A stretch of 64,000 nucleotides of DNA from Eledone cirrhosa. Lineage: Eukaryota. Shown here one piece after another: positions 1-14,500 of the stretch. Location: assembly GCA_964016885.1 (NCBI GenBank), contig OZ024740.1:432140001-432204000 (forward strand). Reading direction: 5' to 3'. Positions within the stretch are counted from its first letter, which is position 1. Each line of letters begins with the position of its first letter. A model generated the notes under the pieces. The model saw nothing but the letters and a program-made list of their open reading frames with translations, had not been told where the DNA came from and searched no databases. The translations under genes were made by a program, and so were the position numbers.

Positions 1-3000
1 ACAACAGTCACCTAGTGGGGAAGACAGACATTATCAGGCTACAGCTGTCATATTACATAGTTTCTACAACAGACCACAACAGTCACCTAGTGGGGAAGAG
101 AGACATTATCAGGCTACAGCTGTCATATTACATAGTTTCTACAACAGACCACAACAGTCACCTAGTGGGGAAGACAGAAATTATCAGGCTACAGCTGTAA
201 TATTATATAGTTTCTACAACAGACCACAACAGTCACCTAGTGGGGAAGACAGACATTATCAGGCTACAGCTGCCATATTATATAGTTTCTACAACAGAAC
301 ACAACAGTCACCTAGTGGGGAAGACAGACATTATCTGGCTACAGCTGCCATATTATATAGTTTCTACAACAGAACACAACAGTCACCTAGTGGGGAAGAC
401 AGACATTATCAAGCTACAGCTGTCATATTACATAGTTTCTACAACAGAACACAACAGTCACTAAATGGGGAAGACAGACATTATCAGGCTACAGCTGTCA
501 TATTATATAGTTTCTACAACAGACCACAACAGTCACCTAGTGGGGAAGACAGACATTATCAGGCTACAGCTGTCATGTTATATAGTTTCTATAACAGACC
601 ACAACAGTCACCTAGTGGGGAAGACAGACATTATCAGGCTACAGCTGTCATATTACATAGTTTCTACAACAGACCACAACAGTCACCTAGTGGGGAAGAG
701 AGACATTATCAGGCTACAGCTGTCATATTACATAGTTTCTACAACAGACCACAACAGTCACCTAGTGGGGAAGACAGAAATTATCAGGCTACAGCTGTAA
801 TATTAAATAGTTTCTACAACAGACCACAACAGTCACCTAGTGGGGAACACAGACATTACCAGGCTACAGCTGTCATATTACATAGTTTCTACAACAGAAC
901 ACAACAATCACTAAATGGGGAAGACAGACATTATCAGGCTACAGCTGTCATATTATATAGTTTCTACAACAGACCACAACAGTCACCTAGTGGGGAAGAC
1001 AGACATTATCAGGCTACAGCTGTCATGTTATATAGTTTCTATAACAGACCACAACAGTCACCTAGTGGGGAAGACAGAAATTATCAGGCTACAGCTGTCA
1101 TATTACATAGTTTCTACAACAGACCACAACAGTCACCTAGTGGGGAACACAGACATTATCAGGCTACAGCTGCCATATTATATAGTTTCTACAACAGACC
1201 ACAACAGTCACATAGTGGGGAAGACAGACATTATCAGGCTACAGCTGTCATATTACATAGTTTCTACAACAGACCACAACAGTCACCTAGTGGGGAAGAC
1301 AGACATTATCAGGCTACAGCTGCCATATTATATAGTTTCTACAACAGACCACAACAGTCACCAAATGGGCAAGATAGACATTATCAGGCTACAGCTGTGA
1401 TATTATATAGTTTCTACAACAGACCACAACAGTCACCTAGTGGGGAAGACAGACATTATCTGGCTACAGCTGCCATATTATATAGTTTCTACAACAGAAC
1501 ACAACAGTCACCTAGGGGGGAAGACAGACATTATCAGGCTACAGCTGTCATATTACATAGTTTCTACAACAGAACACAACAGTCACCTAATGGGGAAGAC
1601 AGACAATGTCAGGCTACAGCTGCCATGTTATATAGTTTCTACAACAGACCAGAACAGTCACCTAGTGGGGAAGACAGACATTATCTGGTTACAGCTGCCA
1701 TATTATATAGTTTCTACAACAGACCACAACAGTCACCTAGTGGGGAAGACAGACATTATCAGGCTACAGCTGCCATATTATATAGTTTCTACAACAGACC
1801 ACAACAGTCACCTAGTGGGGAAGACAGACATTATCTGGCTACAGCTGCCATATTTTATAGTTTCTACAACAGACCACAACAGTCACCTAGTGGGGAAGAC
1901 AGACATTATCAGGCTACAGCTGCAATATTATATAGTTTCTACAACAGACCACAACAGTCACCTAGTGGGGAAGACAGACATTATCTGGCTACAGCTGCCA
2001 TATTATATAGTTTCTACAACAGACCACAACAGTCACCTAGTGGGGAAGACAGACATTATCAGGCTACAGCTGCCATATTATATAGTTTCTACAACAGAAC
2101 ACAACAGTCACCTAGTGGGGAAGATAGACATTATCAGGCTACAGCTGTCATATTACATAGTTTCTATAACAGACCACAACAGTCACCTAGTGGGGAAGAC
2201 AGACATTATCAGGCTACAGCTGTCATATTACATAGTTTCTATAACAGACCACAACAGTCACCTAGTGGGGAAGACAGACATTATCAGGCTACAGCTGCCA
2301 TATTATATAGTTTCTACAACAGACCACAACAGTCACCAAATGGGCAAGATAGACATTATCAGGCTACAGCTGTCATATTATATAGTTTCTACAACAGACC
2401 ACAACAGTCACCTAGTGGGGAAGACAGACATTATCTGGCTACAGCTGCCATATTATATAGTTTCTACAACAGAACACAACAATCACCTAGTGGGGAAGAC
2501 AGACATTATCAGGCTACAGCTGTCATATTACATAGTTTCTACAACAGAACACAACAGTCACCTAATGGGGAAGACAGACATTGTCAGGCTACAGCTGCCA
2601 TGTTATATAGTTTCTACAACAGACCACAACAGTCACCTAGTGGGGAAGACAGACATTATCTGGCTACAGCTGCAATATTATATAGTTTCTACAACAGACC
2701 ACAACAGTCACCTAGTGGGGAAGACAGACATTATCAGGCTACAGCTGCCATATTATATAGTTTCTACAACAGACCACAACAGTCACCTAGTGGGGAAGAC
2801 AGACATTATCTGGCTACAGCTGCCATATTTTATAGTTTCTACAACAGACCACAAGAGTCACCTAGTGGGGAAGACAGACATTATCAGGCTACAGCTGCAA
2901 TATTATATAGTTTCTACAACAGACCACAACAGTCACCTAGTGGGGAAGACAGACATTATCTGGCTACAGCTACCATATTATATAGTTTCTACAACAGACC

Positions 3001-6000
3001 ACAACAGTCACCTAGTGGGGAAGACAGACATTATCAGGCTACAGCTGCCATATTATATAGTTTCTACAATAGAACACAACAGTCACCTAATGGGGAAGAC
3101 AGACATTATCAGGCTACAGCTGCCATATTATATAGTTTCTACAACAGACCACAACAGTCACCTAGTAGGGAAGACAGACATTATCAGGCTACAGCTGTCA
3201 TATTACATAGTTTCTACAACAGACCACAACAGTCACCTAGTGGGGAAGACAGACATTATCAGGCTACAGCTGGCATATTATATAGTTTCTACAACAGACC
3301 ACAACAGTCACCAAATGGGCAAGATAGACATTATCAGGCTACAGCTGTCATATTATATAGTTTCTACAACAGACCACAACAGTCACCTAGTGGGGAAGAC
3401 AGACATTATCTGGCTACAGCTGCAATATTATATAGTTTCTACAACAGAACACAACAGTCACCTAGTGGGGAAGACAGACATTATCAGGCTACAGCTGTCA
3501 TATTACATAGTTTCTAAAACAGAACACAACAGTTACCTAATGGGGAAGACAGACATTATCAGGCTACAGCTGTCATATTATATAGTTTCTTCAACAGACC
3601 ACAACAGTCACCTAGTGGGGAAGCCAGACATTATCAGGCTACAGCTGTCATGTTATATAGTTTCTATAACAGACCACAACAGTCACCTAGTGGGGAAGAC
3701 AGACATTATCAGGCTACAGCTGCCATATTATATAGTTTCTACAACAGACCACAACAGTCACATAGTGGGGAAGACAGACATTATCAGGCTACAGCTGTCA
3801 TATTACATAGTTTCTACAACAGACCACAACAGTCACCTAGTGGGGAAGACAGACATAATCAGGCTAGAGCTGCTATATTATATAGTTTCTACAACAGACC
3901 ACAACAGTCACCTAATGATGAAGACAGACATTATCTGGCTACAGCTGCCATATTATATAGATTCTACAACAGACCACAACAGTCACCAAATGGGGACGAC
4001 AGACATTACCAGGCTACAGCTGTCATATTACATAGTTTCTACAACAGAACACAACAGTCACCTAGTGGGGAAGACAGACATTATCAGGTTACAGCTGTCA
4101 TATTATATAGTTTCTACAACAGACCACAACAGTCACCAAATGGGGAAGACAGACATTATCAGGCTACAGCCGCCATATTATATAGTTTCTACAACAGACC
4201 ACAACAGTCACCAAATGGGGAAGACAGAGATTATCAGGCTACAGCTGCCATATTATATAGTTTCTACAACAGACCACAACAGTCACCAAATGGGGAAGAC
4301 AGACATTATCGGGCTACAGCTGCCATATTATATAGTTTCTACAACAGACCACAACAGTCACCTAGTGGGGAAGACAGACATTATCAGGCTACAGCTGCCA
4401 TATTATATAGTTTCTACAATAGACCACAACAGTCACCTAGTGGGGAAGACAGACATTATCAGGCTACAGCTGTCATATCATATAGTTTCTACAACAGACC
4501 ACAACAGTCACCTAGTGGGGAAGACAGACATTATCAGGCTACAGCTGCCATATTATATAGTTTCTACAACAGACCACAACAGTCACCTAGTGGGGAAGAC
4601 AGACATTATCAGGCTACAGCTGCCATATTATATAGTTTCTACAACAGACCACAACAGTCACCTAGTGGGGAAGACAGACATTATCAGGCTACAGCTGTCA
4701 TATTACATAGTTTCTACAACAGACCACAACAGTCACCTAGTGGGGAAGAGAGACATTATCAGGCTACAGCTGTCATATTACATAGTTTCTACAACAGACC
4801 ACAACAGTCACCTAGTGGGGAAGACAGAAATTATCAGGCTACAGCTGTAATATTATATAGTTTCTACAACAGACCACAACAGTCACCTAGTGGGGAAGAC
4901 AGACATTATCAGGCTACAGCTGCCATATTATATAGTTTCTACAACAGAACACAACAGTCACCTAGTGGGGAAGACAGACATTATCTGGCTACAGCTGCCA
5001 TATTATATAGTTTCTACAACAGAACACAACAGTCACCTAGTGGGGAAGACAGACATTATCAAGCTACAGCTGTCATATTACATAGTTTCTACAACAGAAC
5101 ACAACAGTCACTAAATGGGGAAGACAGACATTATCAGGCTACAGCTGTCATATTATATAGTTTCTACAACAGACCACAACAGTCACCTAGTGGGGAAGAC
5201 AGACATTATCAGGCTACAGCTGTCATGTTATATAGTTTCTATAACAGACCACAACAGTCACCTAGTGGGGAAGACAGACATTATCAGGCTACAGCTGTCA
5301 TATTACATAGTTTCTACAACAGACCACAACAGTCACCTAGTGGGGAAGAGAGACATTATCAGGCTACAGCTGTCATATTACATAGTTTCTACAACAGACC
5401 ACAACAGTCACCTAGTGGGGAAGACAGAAATTATCAGGCTACAGCTGTAATATTAAATAGTTTCTACAACAGACCACAACAGTCACCTAGTGGGGAACAC
5501 AGACATTACCAGGCTACAGCTGTCATATTACATAGTTTCTACAACAGAACACAACAATCACTAAATGGGGAAGACAGACATTATCAGGCTACAGCTGTCA
5601 TATTATATAGTTTCTACAACAGACCACAACAGTCACCTAGTGGGGAAGACAGACATTATCAGGCTACAGCTGTCATGTTATATAGTTTCTATAACAGACC
5701 ACAACAGTCACCTAGTGGGGAAGACAGAAATTATCAGGCTACAGCTGTCATATTACATAGTTTCTACAACAGACCACAACAGTCACCTAGTGGGGAACAC
5801 AGACATTATCAGGCTACAGCTGCCATATTATATAGTTTCTACAACAGACCACAACAGTCACATAGTGGGGAAGACAGACATTATCAGGCTACAGCTGTCA
5901 TATTACATAGTTTCTACAACAGACCACAACAGTCACCTAGTGGGGAAGACAGACATTATCAGGCTACAGCTGCCATATTATATAGTTTCTACAACAGACC

Positions 6001-8500
6001 ACAACAGTCACCAAATGGGCAAGATAGACATTATCAGGCTACAGCTGTGATATTATATAGTTTCTACAACAGACCACAACAGTCACCTAGTGGGGAAGAC
6101 AGACATTATCTGGCTACAGCTGCCATATTATATAGTTTCTACAACAGAACACAACAGTCACCTAGGGGGGAAGACAGACATTATCAGGCTACAGCTGTCA
6201 TATTACATAGTTTCTACAACAGAACACAACAGTCACCTAATGGGGAAGACAGACAATGTCAGGCTACAGCTGCCATGTTATATAGTTTCTACAACAGACC
6301 AGAACAGTCACCTAGTGGGGAAGACAGACATTATCTGGTTACAGCTGCCATATTATATAGTTTCTACAACAGACCACAACAGTCACCTAGTGGGGAAGAC
6401 AGACATTATCAGGCTACAGCTGCCATATTATATAGTTTCTACAACAGACCACAACAGTCACCTAGTGGGGAAGACAGACATTATCTGGCTACAGCTGCCA
6501 TATTTTATAGTTTCTACAACAGACCACAACAGTCACCTAGTGGGGAAGACAGACATTATCAGGCTACAGCTGCAATATTATATAGTTTCTACAACAGACC
6601 ACAACAGTCACCTAGTGGGGAAGACAGACATTATCTGGCTACAGCTGCCATATTATATAGTTTCTACAACAGACCACAACAGTCACCTAGTGGGGAAGAC
6701 AGACATTATCAGGCTACAGCTGCCATATTATATAGTTTCTACAACAGAACACAACAGTCACCTAGTGGGGAAGATAGACATTATCAGGCTACAGCTGTCA
6801 TATTACATAGTTTCTATAACAGACCACAACAGTCACCTAGTGGGGAAGACAGACATTATCAGGCTACAGCTGTCATATTACATAGTTTCTATAACAGACC
6901 ACAACAGTCACCTAGTGGGGAAGACAGACATTATCAGGCTACAGCTGCCATATTATATAGTTTCTACAACAGACCACAACAGTCACCAAATGGGCAAGAT
7001 AGACATTATCAGGCTACAGCTGTCATATTATATAGTTTCTACAACAGACCACAACAGTCACCTAGTGGGGAAGACAGACATTATCTGGCTACAGCTGCCA
7101 TATTATATAGTTTCTACAACAGAACACAACAATCACCTAGTGGGGAAGACAGACATTATCAGGCTACAGCTGTCATATTACATAGTTTCTACAACAGAAC
7201 ACAACAGTCACCTAATGGGGAAGACAGACATTGTCAGGCTACAGCTGCCATGTTATATAGTTTCTACAACAGACCACAACAGTCACCTAGTGGGGAAGAC
7301 AGACATTATCTGGCTACAGCTGCAATATTATATAGTTTCTACAACAGACCACAACAGTCACCTAGTGGGGAAGACAGACATTATCAGGCTACAGCTGCCA
7401 TATTATATAGTTTCTACAACAGACCACAACAGTCACCTAGTGGGGAAGACAGACATTATCTGGCTACAGCTGCCATATTTTATAGTTTCTACAACAGACC
7501 ACAAGAGTCACCTAGTGGGGAAGACAGACATTATCAGGCTACAGCTGCAATATTATATAGTTTCTACAACAGACCACAACAGTCACCTAGTGGGGAAGAC
7601 AGACATTATCTGGCTACAGCTACCATATTATATAGTTTCTACAACAGACCACAACAGTCACCTAGTGGGGAAGACAGACATTATCAGGCTACAGCTGCCA
7701 TATTATATAGTTTCTACAATAGAACACAACAGTCACCTAATGGGGAAGACAGACATTATCAGGCTACAGCTGCCATATTATATAGTTTCTACAACAGACC
7801 ACAACAGTCACCTAGTAGGGAAGACAGACATTATCAGGCTACAGCTGTCATATTACATAGTTTCTACAACAGACCACAACAGTCACCTAGTGGGGAAGAC
7901 AGACATTATCAGGCTACAGCTGGCATATTATATAGTTTCTACAACAGACCACAACAGTCACCAAATGGGCAAGATAGACATTATCAGGCTACAGCTGTCA
8001 TATTATATAGTTTCTACAACAGACCACAACAGTCACCTAGTGGGGAAGACAGACATTATCTGGCTACAGCTGCAATATTATATAGTTTCTACAACAGAAC
8101 ACAACAGTCACCTAGTGGGGAAGACAGACATTATCAGGCTACAGCTGTCATATTACATAGTTTCTAAAACAGAACACAACAGTTACCTAATGGGGAAGAC
8201 AGACATTATCAGGCTACAGCTGTCATATTATATAGTTTCTTCAACAGACCACAACAGTCACCTAGTGGGGAAGCCAGACATTATCAGGCTACAGCTGTCA
8301 TGTTATATAGTTTCTATAACAGACCACAACAGTCACCTAGTGGGGAAGACAGACATTATCAGGCTACAGCTGCCATATTATATAGTTTCTACAACAGACC
8401 ACAACAGTCACATAGTGGGGAAGACAGACATTATCAGGCTACAGCTGTCATATTACATAGTTTCTACAACAGACCACAACAGTCACCTAGTGGGGAAGAC
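1..8500. repeat. Higher-order duplication in array A, period 4650 bp (62 monomers)
   Basis: Rare variants recur exactly 4650 bp apart, e.g. CCTAGTAGGG at 3161 and 7811. ORF starts also pair up: 240/4890, 465/5115, 915/5565, 1440/6090, 3650/8300. Confidence 0.95.
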
Positions 8501-11500
8501 AGACATTATCAGGCTACAGCTGTCATATTACATAGTTTCTACAACAGACCACAACAGTCACATAGTGGGGAAGACAGACATTATCAGGCTACAGCTGTCA
8601 TATTACATAGTTTCTAAAACAGACCACAACAGTCACCTAGTGGGGAAGACAGACATTATCAGGCTACAGTTGCAATATTATATAGTTTCTACAACAGACC
8701 ACAACAGTCACCTAGTGGGGAAGACAGACATTATCTGGCTACAGCTGCCATATTATATAGTTTCTACAACAGACAACAACAGTCACCTAGTGGGGAAGAC
8801 AGACATTATCTGGCTACAGCTGCCATATTATATAGTTTCTACAACAGACCACAACAGTCACCTAGTGGGGAAGACAGACATTATCAGGCTACAGCTGTCA
8901 TATTACATAGTTTCTACAACAGACCACAACAGTCACCTAGTGGGGAAGACAGACATTATCAGGCTACAGCTGTCATATTACATAGTTTCTACAACAGACC
9001 ACAACAGTCACATAGTGGGGAAGACAGACATTATCAGGCTACAGCTGTCATATTACATAGTTTCTACAACAGACCACAACAGTCACCAAATGGGCAAGAT
9101 AGACATTATCAGACTACAGCTGTCATATTATATAGTTTCTACAACAGACCACAACACTCACCTAGTGGGGAAGACAGACATTATCAGGCTACAGCTGCCA
9201 TATTATATAGTTTCTACAACAGACCACAACAGTCACCAAATGTGGAAGACAGACATTATCAGGCTACAGCTGCCATATTACTTAGTTTCTACAACAGACC
9301 ACAACAGTCACCTAGTGGGGAAGACAGACATTATCAGGCTACAGCTGTCATATTATATAGTTTCTACAACAGACCACAACAGTCACCTAGTGGGGAAGAC
9401 AGACATTATCAGGCTACAGCTGCATATTATATAGTTTCTACGACAGACCACAACAGTCACCAAATGGGGAAGACAGACATTATCAGGCTACAGCTGCCAT
9501 ATTATATAGTTTCTACAACAGACCACAACAGTCACCTAGTGGGGAAGACAGACATTATCAGGCTACAGCTGTCATATTACATAGTTTCTACAACAGACCA
9601 CAACAGTCACCTAGTGGGGAAGACGGACATTATCAGGCTACAGCTGTCATATTACATAGTTTCTACAACAGACCACAACAGTCACCTAGTGGGGAAGACA
9701 GACATTATCAGGCTACAGCTGTCATATTACATAGTTTCTACAACAGACCACAACAGTCACCTAGTGGGGAAGACAGACATTATCAGGCTACAGCTGCCAT
9801 ATTATATAGTTTCTACAACAGACCACAACAGTCACCTAGTGGGGAAGACAGACATTATCAGGCTACAGCTGCCATATTATATAGTTTCTACAACAGACCA
9901 CAACAGTCACCAAATGGGGAAGACAGACATTATCAGGCTAGAGCTGCCATATTATATAGTTTCTACAACAGACCACAACAGTCACCTAGTGGGGAAGACA
10001 GACATTATCAGGCTACAGCTGCCATATTATATAGTTTCTACAACAGACCACAACAGTCACCTAGTGGGGAAGACAGACATTATCAGGCTACAGCTGCCAT
10101 ATTATATAGTTTCTACAACAGACCACAACAGTCACCTAGTGGGGAAGACAGACATTATCAGGCTACAGCTGCCATATTATATAGTTTCTACAACAGACCA
10201 CAACAGTCACCTAATGGGGAAGACAGACATTATCAGGCTACAGCTGTCATATTACATAGTTTCTACAACAGACCACAACAGTCACCTAGTGGGGAAGACA
10301 GACATTATCAGGCTACAGCTGCCATATTATATAGTTTCTACAACAGACCACAACAGTCACCTAGTGGGGAAGACAGACATTATCAGGCTACAGCTGTCAT
10401 ATTACATAGTTTCTACAACAGACCAAAACAGTCACCTAGTGGGGAAGACAGACATTATCAGGCTACAGCTGCCATATTATATAGTTTCTACAACAGACCA
10501 CAACAGTCACCTAGTGGGGAAGACAGACATTATCAGGCTACAGCTGTCATATTACATAGTTTCTACAACAGACCACAACAGCCACCTAGTGGGGAAGACA
10601 GACATTATCAGGGTACAGCTGCAATATTATATAGTTTCTACAACAGACAACCACAGTCACCTAGTGGGGAAGACAGACATTATCAGGCTACAGCTGCCAT
10701 ATTATATAGTTTCTACAACAAACCACAACAGTCACCAAATGGGGAAGACAGACATTATCAGGCTACAGCTGCATTATTATATAGTTTCTACAACAGACCA
10801 CAACAGTCACCTAGTGGGGAAGACAGACATTATCAGGCTACAACTGTCATATTATATAGTTTCTACAACAGACCACAACAGTCACCTAGTGGGGAAGACA
10901 GACATTATCAGGCTACAGCTGCATATTATATAGTTTCTACAACAGACCACAACAGTCACCTAGTGGGGAAGACAGACATTATCAGGCTACAGCTGCCATA
11001 TTATATAGTTTCTACAACAGACCACAACAGTCACCTAGTGGGGAAGACAGACATTATCAGGCTACAGCTGTCATATTACATAGTTTCTACAACAGACCAC
11101 AACAGTCACCTAGTGGGGAAGACAGACATTATCAGGCTACAGCTGTCATATTACATAGTTTCTACAACAGACCACAACAGTCACCTAGTGGGGAAGACAG
11201 ACATTATCAGGCTACAGCTGTCATATTACATAGTTTCTACAACAGACCACAACAGTCACCTAGTGGGGAAGACAGACATAATCAGGCTAGAGCTGCTATA
11301 TTATATAGTTTCTACAACAGACCACAACAGTCACCAAATGATGAAGACAGACATTATCTGGCTACAGCTGCCATATTATATGGATTCTACAACAGACCAC
11401 AACAGTCACCAAATGGGGACGACAGACATTACCAGGCTACAGCTGTCATATTACATAGTTTCTACAACAGAACACAACAGTCACCTAGTGGGGAAGACAG

Positions 11501-14500
11501 ACATTATCAGGTTACAGCTGTCATATTATATAGTTTCTACAACAGACCACAACAGTCACCAAATGGGGAAGACAGACATTATCAGGCTACAGCTGCCATA
11601 TTATATAGTTTCTACAACAGACCACAACAGTCACCAAATGGGGAAGACAGAGATTATCAGGCTACAGCTGCCATATTATATAGTTTCTACAACAGACCAC
11701 AACAGTCACCAAATGGGGAAGACAGACATTATCGGGCTACAGCTGCCATATTATATAGTTTCTACAACAGACCACAACAGTCACCTAGTGGGGAAGACAG
11801 ACATTATCAGGCTACAGCTGCCATATTATATAGTTTCTACAATAGACCACAACAGTCACCTAGTGGGGAAGACAGACATTATCAGGCTACAGCTGTCATA
11901 TCATATAGTTTCTACAACAGACCACAACAGTCACCTAGTGGGGAAGACAGACATTATCAGGCTACAGCTGCCATATTATATAGTTTCTACAACAGACCAC
12001 AACAGTCACCTAGTGGGGAAGACAGACATTATCAGGCTACAGCTGCCATATTATATAGTTTCTACAACAGACCACAACAGTCACCTAGTGGGGAAGACAG
12101 ACATTATCAGGCTACAGCTGTCATATTACATAGTTTCTACAACAGACCACAACAGTCACCTAGTGGGGAAGAGAGACATTATCAGGCTACAGCTGTCATA
12201 TTACATAGTTTCTACAACAGACCACAACAGTCACCTAGTGGGGAAGACAGAAATTATCAGGCTACAGCTGTAATATTATATAGTTTCTACAACAGACCAC
12301 AACAGTCACCTAGTGGGGAAGACAGACATTATCAGGCTACAGCTGCCATATTATATAGTTTCTACAACAGAACACAACAGTCACCTAGTGGGGAAGACAG
12401 ACAATATCTGGCTACAGCTGCCATATTATATAGTTTCTACAACAGAACACAACAGTCACCTAGTGGGGAAGACAGACATTATCAAGCTACAGCTGTCATA
12501 TTACATAGTTTCTACAACAGAACACAACAGTAACTAAATGGGGAAGACAGACATTATCAGGCTACAGCTGTCATATTATATAGTTTCTACAACAGACCAC
12601 AACAGTCACCTAGTGGGGAAGACAGACATTATCAGGCTACAGCTGTCATGTTATATAGTTTCTATAACAGACCACAACAGTCACCTAGTGGGTAAGACAG
12701 ACATTATCAGGCTACAGCTGTCATATTACATAGTTTCTACAACAGACCACAACAGTCACCTAGTGGGGAAGACAGACATTATCAGGCTACAGCTGGCATA
12801 TTATATAGTTTCTACAACAGACCACAACAGTCACCAAATGGGCAAGATAGACATTATCAGGCTACAGCTGTCATATTATATAGTTTCTACAACAGACCAC
12901 AACAGTCACCTAGTGGGGAAGACAGACATTATCTGGCTACAGCTGCAATATTATATAGTTTCTACAACAGAACACAACAGTCACCTAGTGGGGAAGACAG
13001 ACATTATCAGGCTACAGCTGTCATATTACATAGTTTCTAAAACAGAACACAACAGTTACCTAATGGGGAAGACAGACATTATCAGGCTACAGCTGTCATA
13101 TTATATAGTTTCTTCAACAGACCACAACAGTCACCTAGTGGGGAAGCCAGACATTATCAGGCTACAGCTGTCATGTTATATAGTTTCTATAACAGACCAC
13201 AACAGTCACCTAGTGGGGAAGACAGACATTATCAGGCTACAGCTGCCATATTATATAGTTTCTACAACAGACCACAACAGTCACATAGTGGGGAAGACAG
13301 ACATTATCAGGCTACAGCTGTCATATTACATAGTTTCTACAACAGACCACAACAGTCACCTAGTGGGGAAGACAGACATTATCAGGCTACAGCTGTCATA
13401 TTACATAGTTTCTACAACAGACCACAACAGTCACATAGTGGGGAAGACAGACATTATCAGGCTACAGCTGTCATATTACATAGTTTCTAAAACAGACCAC
13501 AACAGTCACCTAGTGGGGAAGACAGACATTATCAGGCTACAGTTGCAATATTATATAGTTTCTACAACAGACCACAACAGTCACCTAGTGGGGAAGACAG
13601 ACATTATCTGGCTACAGCTGCCATATTATATAGTTTCTACAACAGACAACAACAGTCACCTAGTGGGGAAGACAGACATTATCTGGCTACAGCTGCCATA
13701 TTATATAGTTTCTACAACAGACCACAACAGTCACCTAGTGGGGAAGACAGACATTATCAGGCTACAGCTGTCATATTACATAGTTTCTACAACAGACCAC
13801 AACAGTCACCTAGTGGGGAAGACAGACATTATCAGGCTACAGCTGTCATATTACATAGTTTCTACAACAGACCACAACAGTCACATAGTGGGGAAGACAG
13901 ACATTATCAGGCTACAGCTGTCATATTACATAGTTTCTACAACAGACCACAACAGTCACCAAATGGGCAAGATAGACATTATCAGACTACAGCTGTCATA
14001 TTATATAGTTTCTACAACAGACCACAACACTCACCTAGTGGGGAAGACAGACATTATCAGGCTACAGCTGCCATATTATATAGTTTCTACAACAGACAAC
14101 AACAGTCACCAAATGTGGAAGACAGACATTATCAGGCTACAGCTGCCATATTACTTAGTTTCTACAACAGACCACAACAGTCACCTAGTGGGGAAGACAG
14201 ACATTATCAGGCTACAGCTGTCATATTATATAGTTTCTACAACAGACCACAACAGTCACCTAGTGGGGAAGACAGACATTATCAGGCTACAGCTGCATAT
14301 TATATAGTTTCTACGACAGACCACAACAGTCACCAAATGGGGAAGACAGACATTATCAGGCTACAGCTGCCATATTATATAGTTTCTACAACAGACCACA
14401 ACAGTCACCTAGTGGGGAAGACAGACATTATCAGGCTACAGCTGTCATATTACATAGTTTCTACAACAGACCACAACAGTCACCTAGTGGGGAAGACGGA

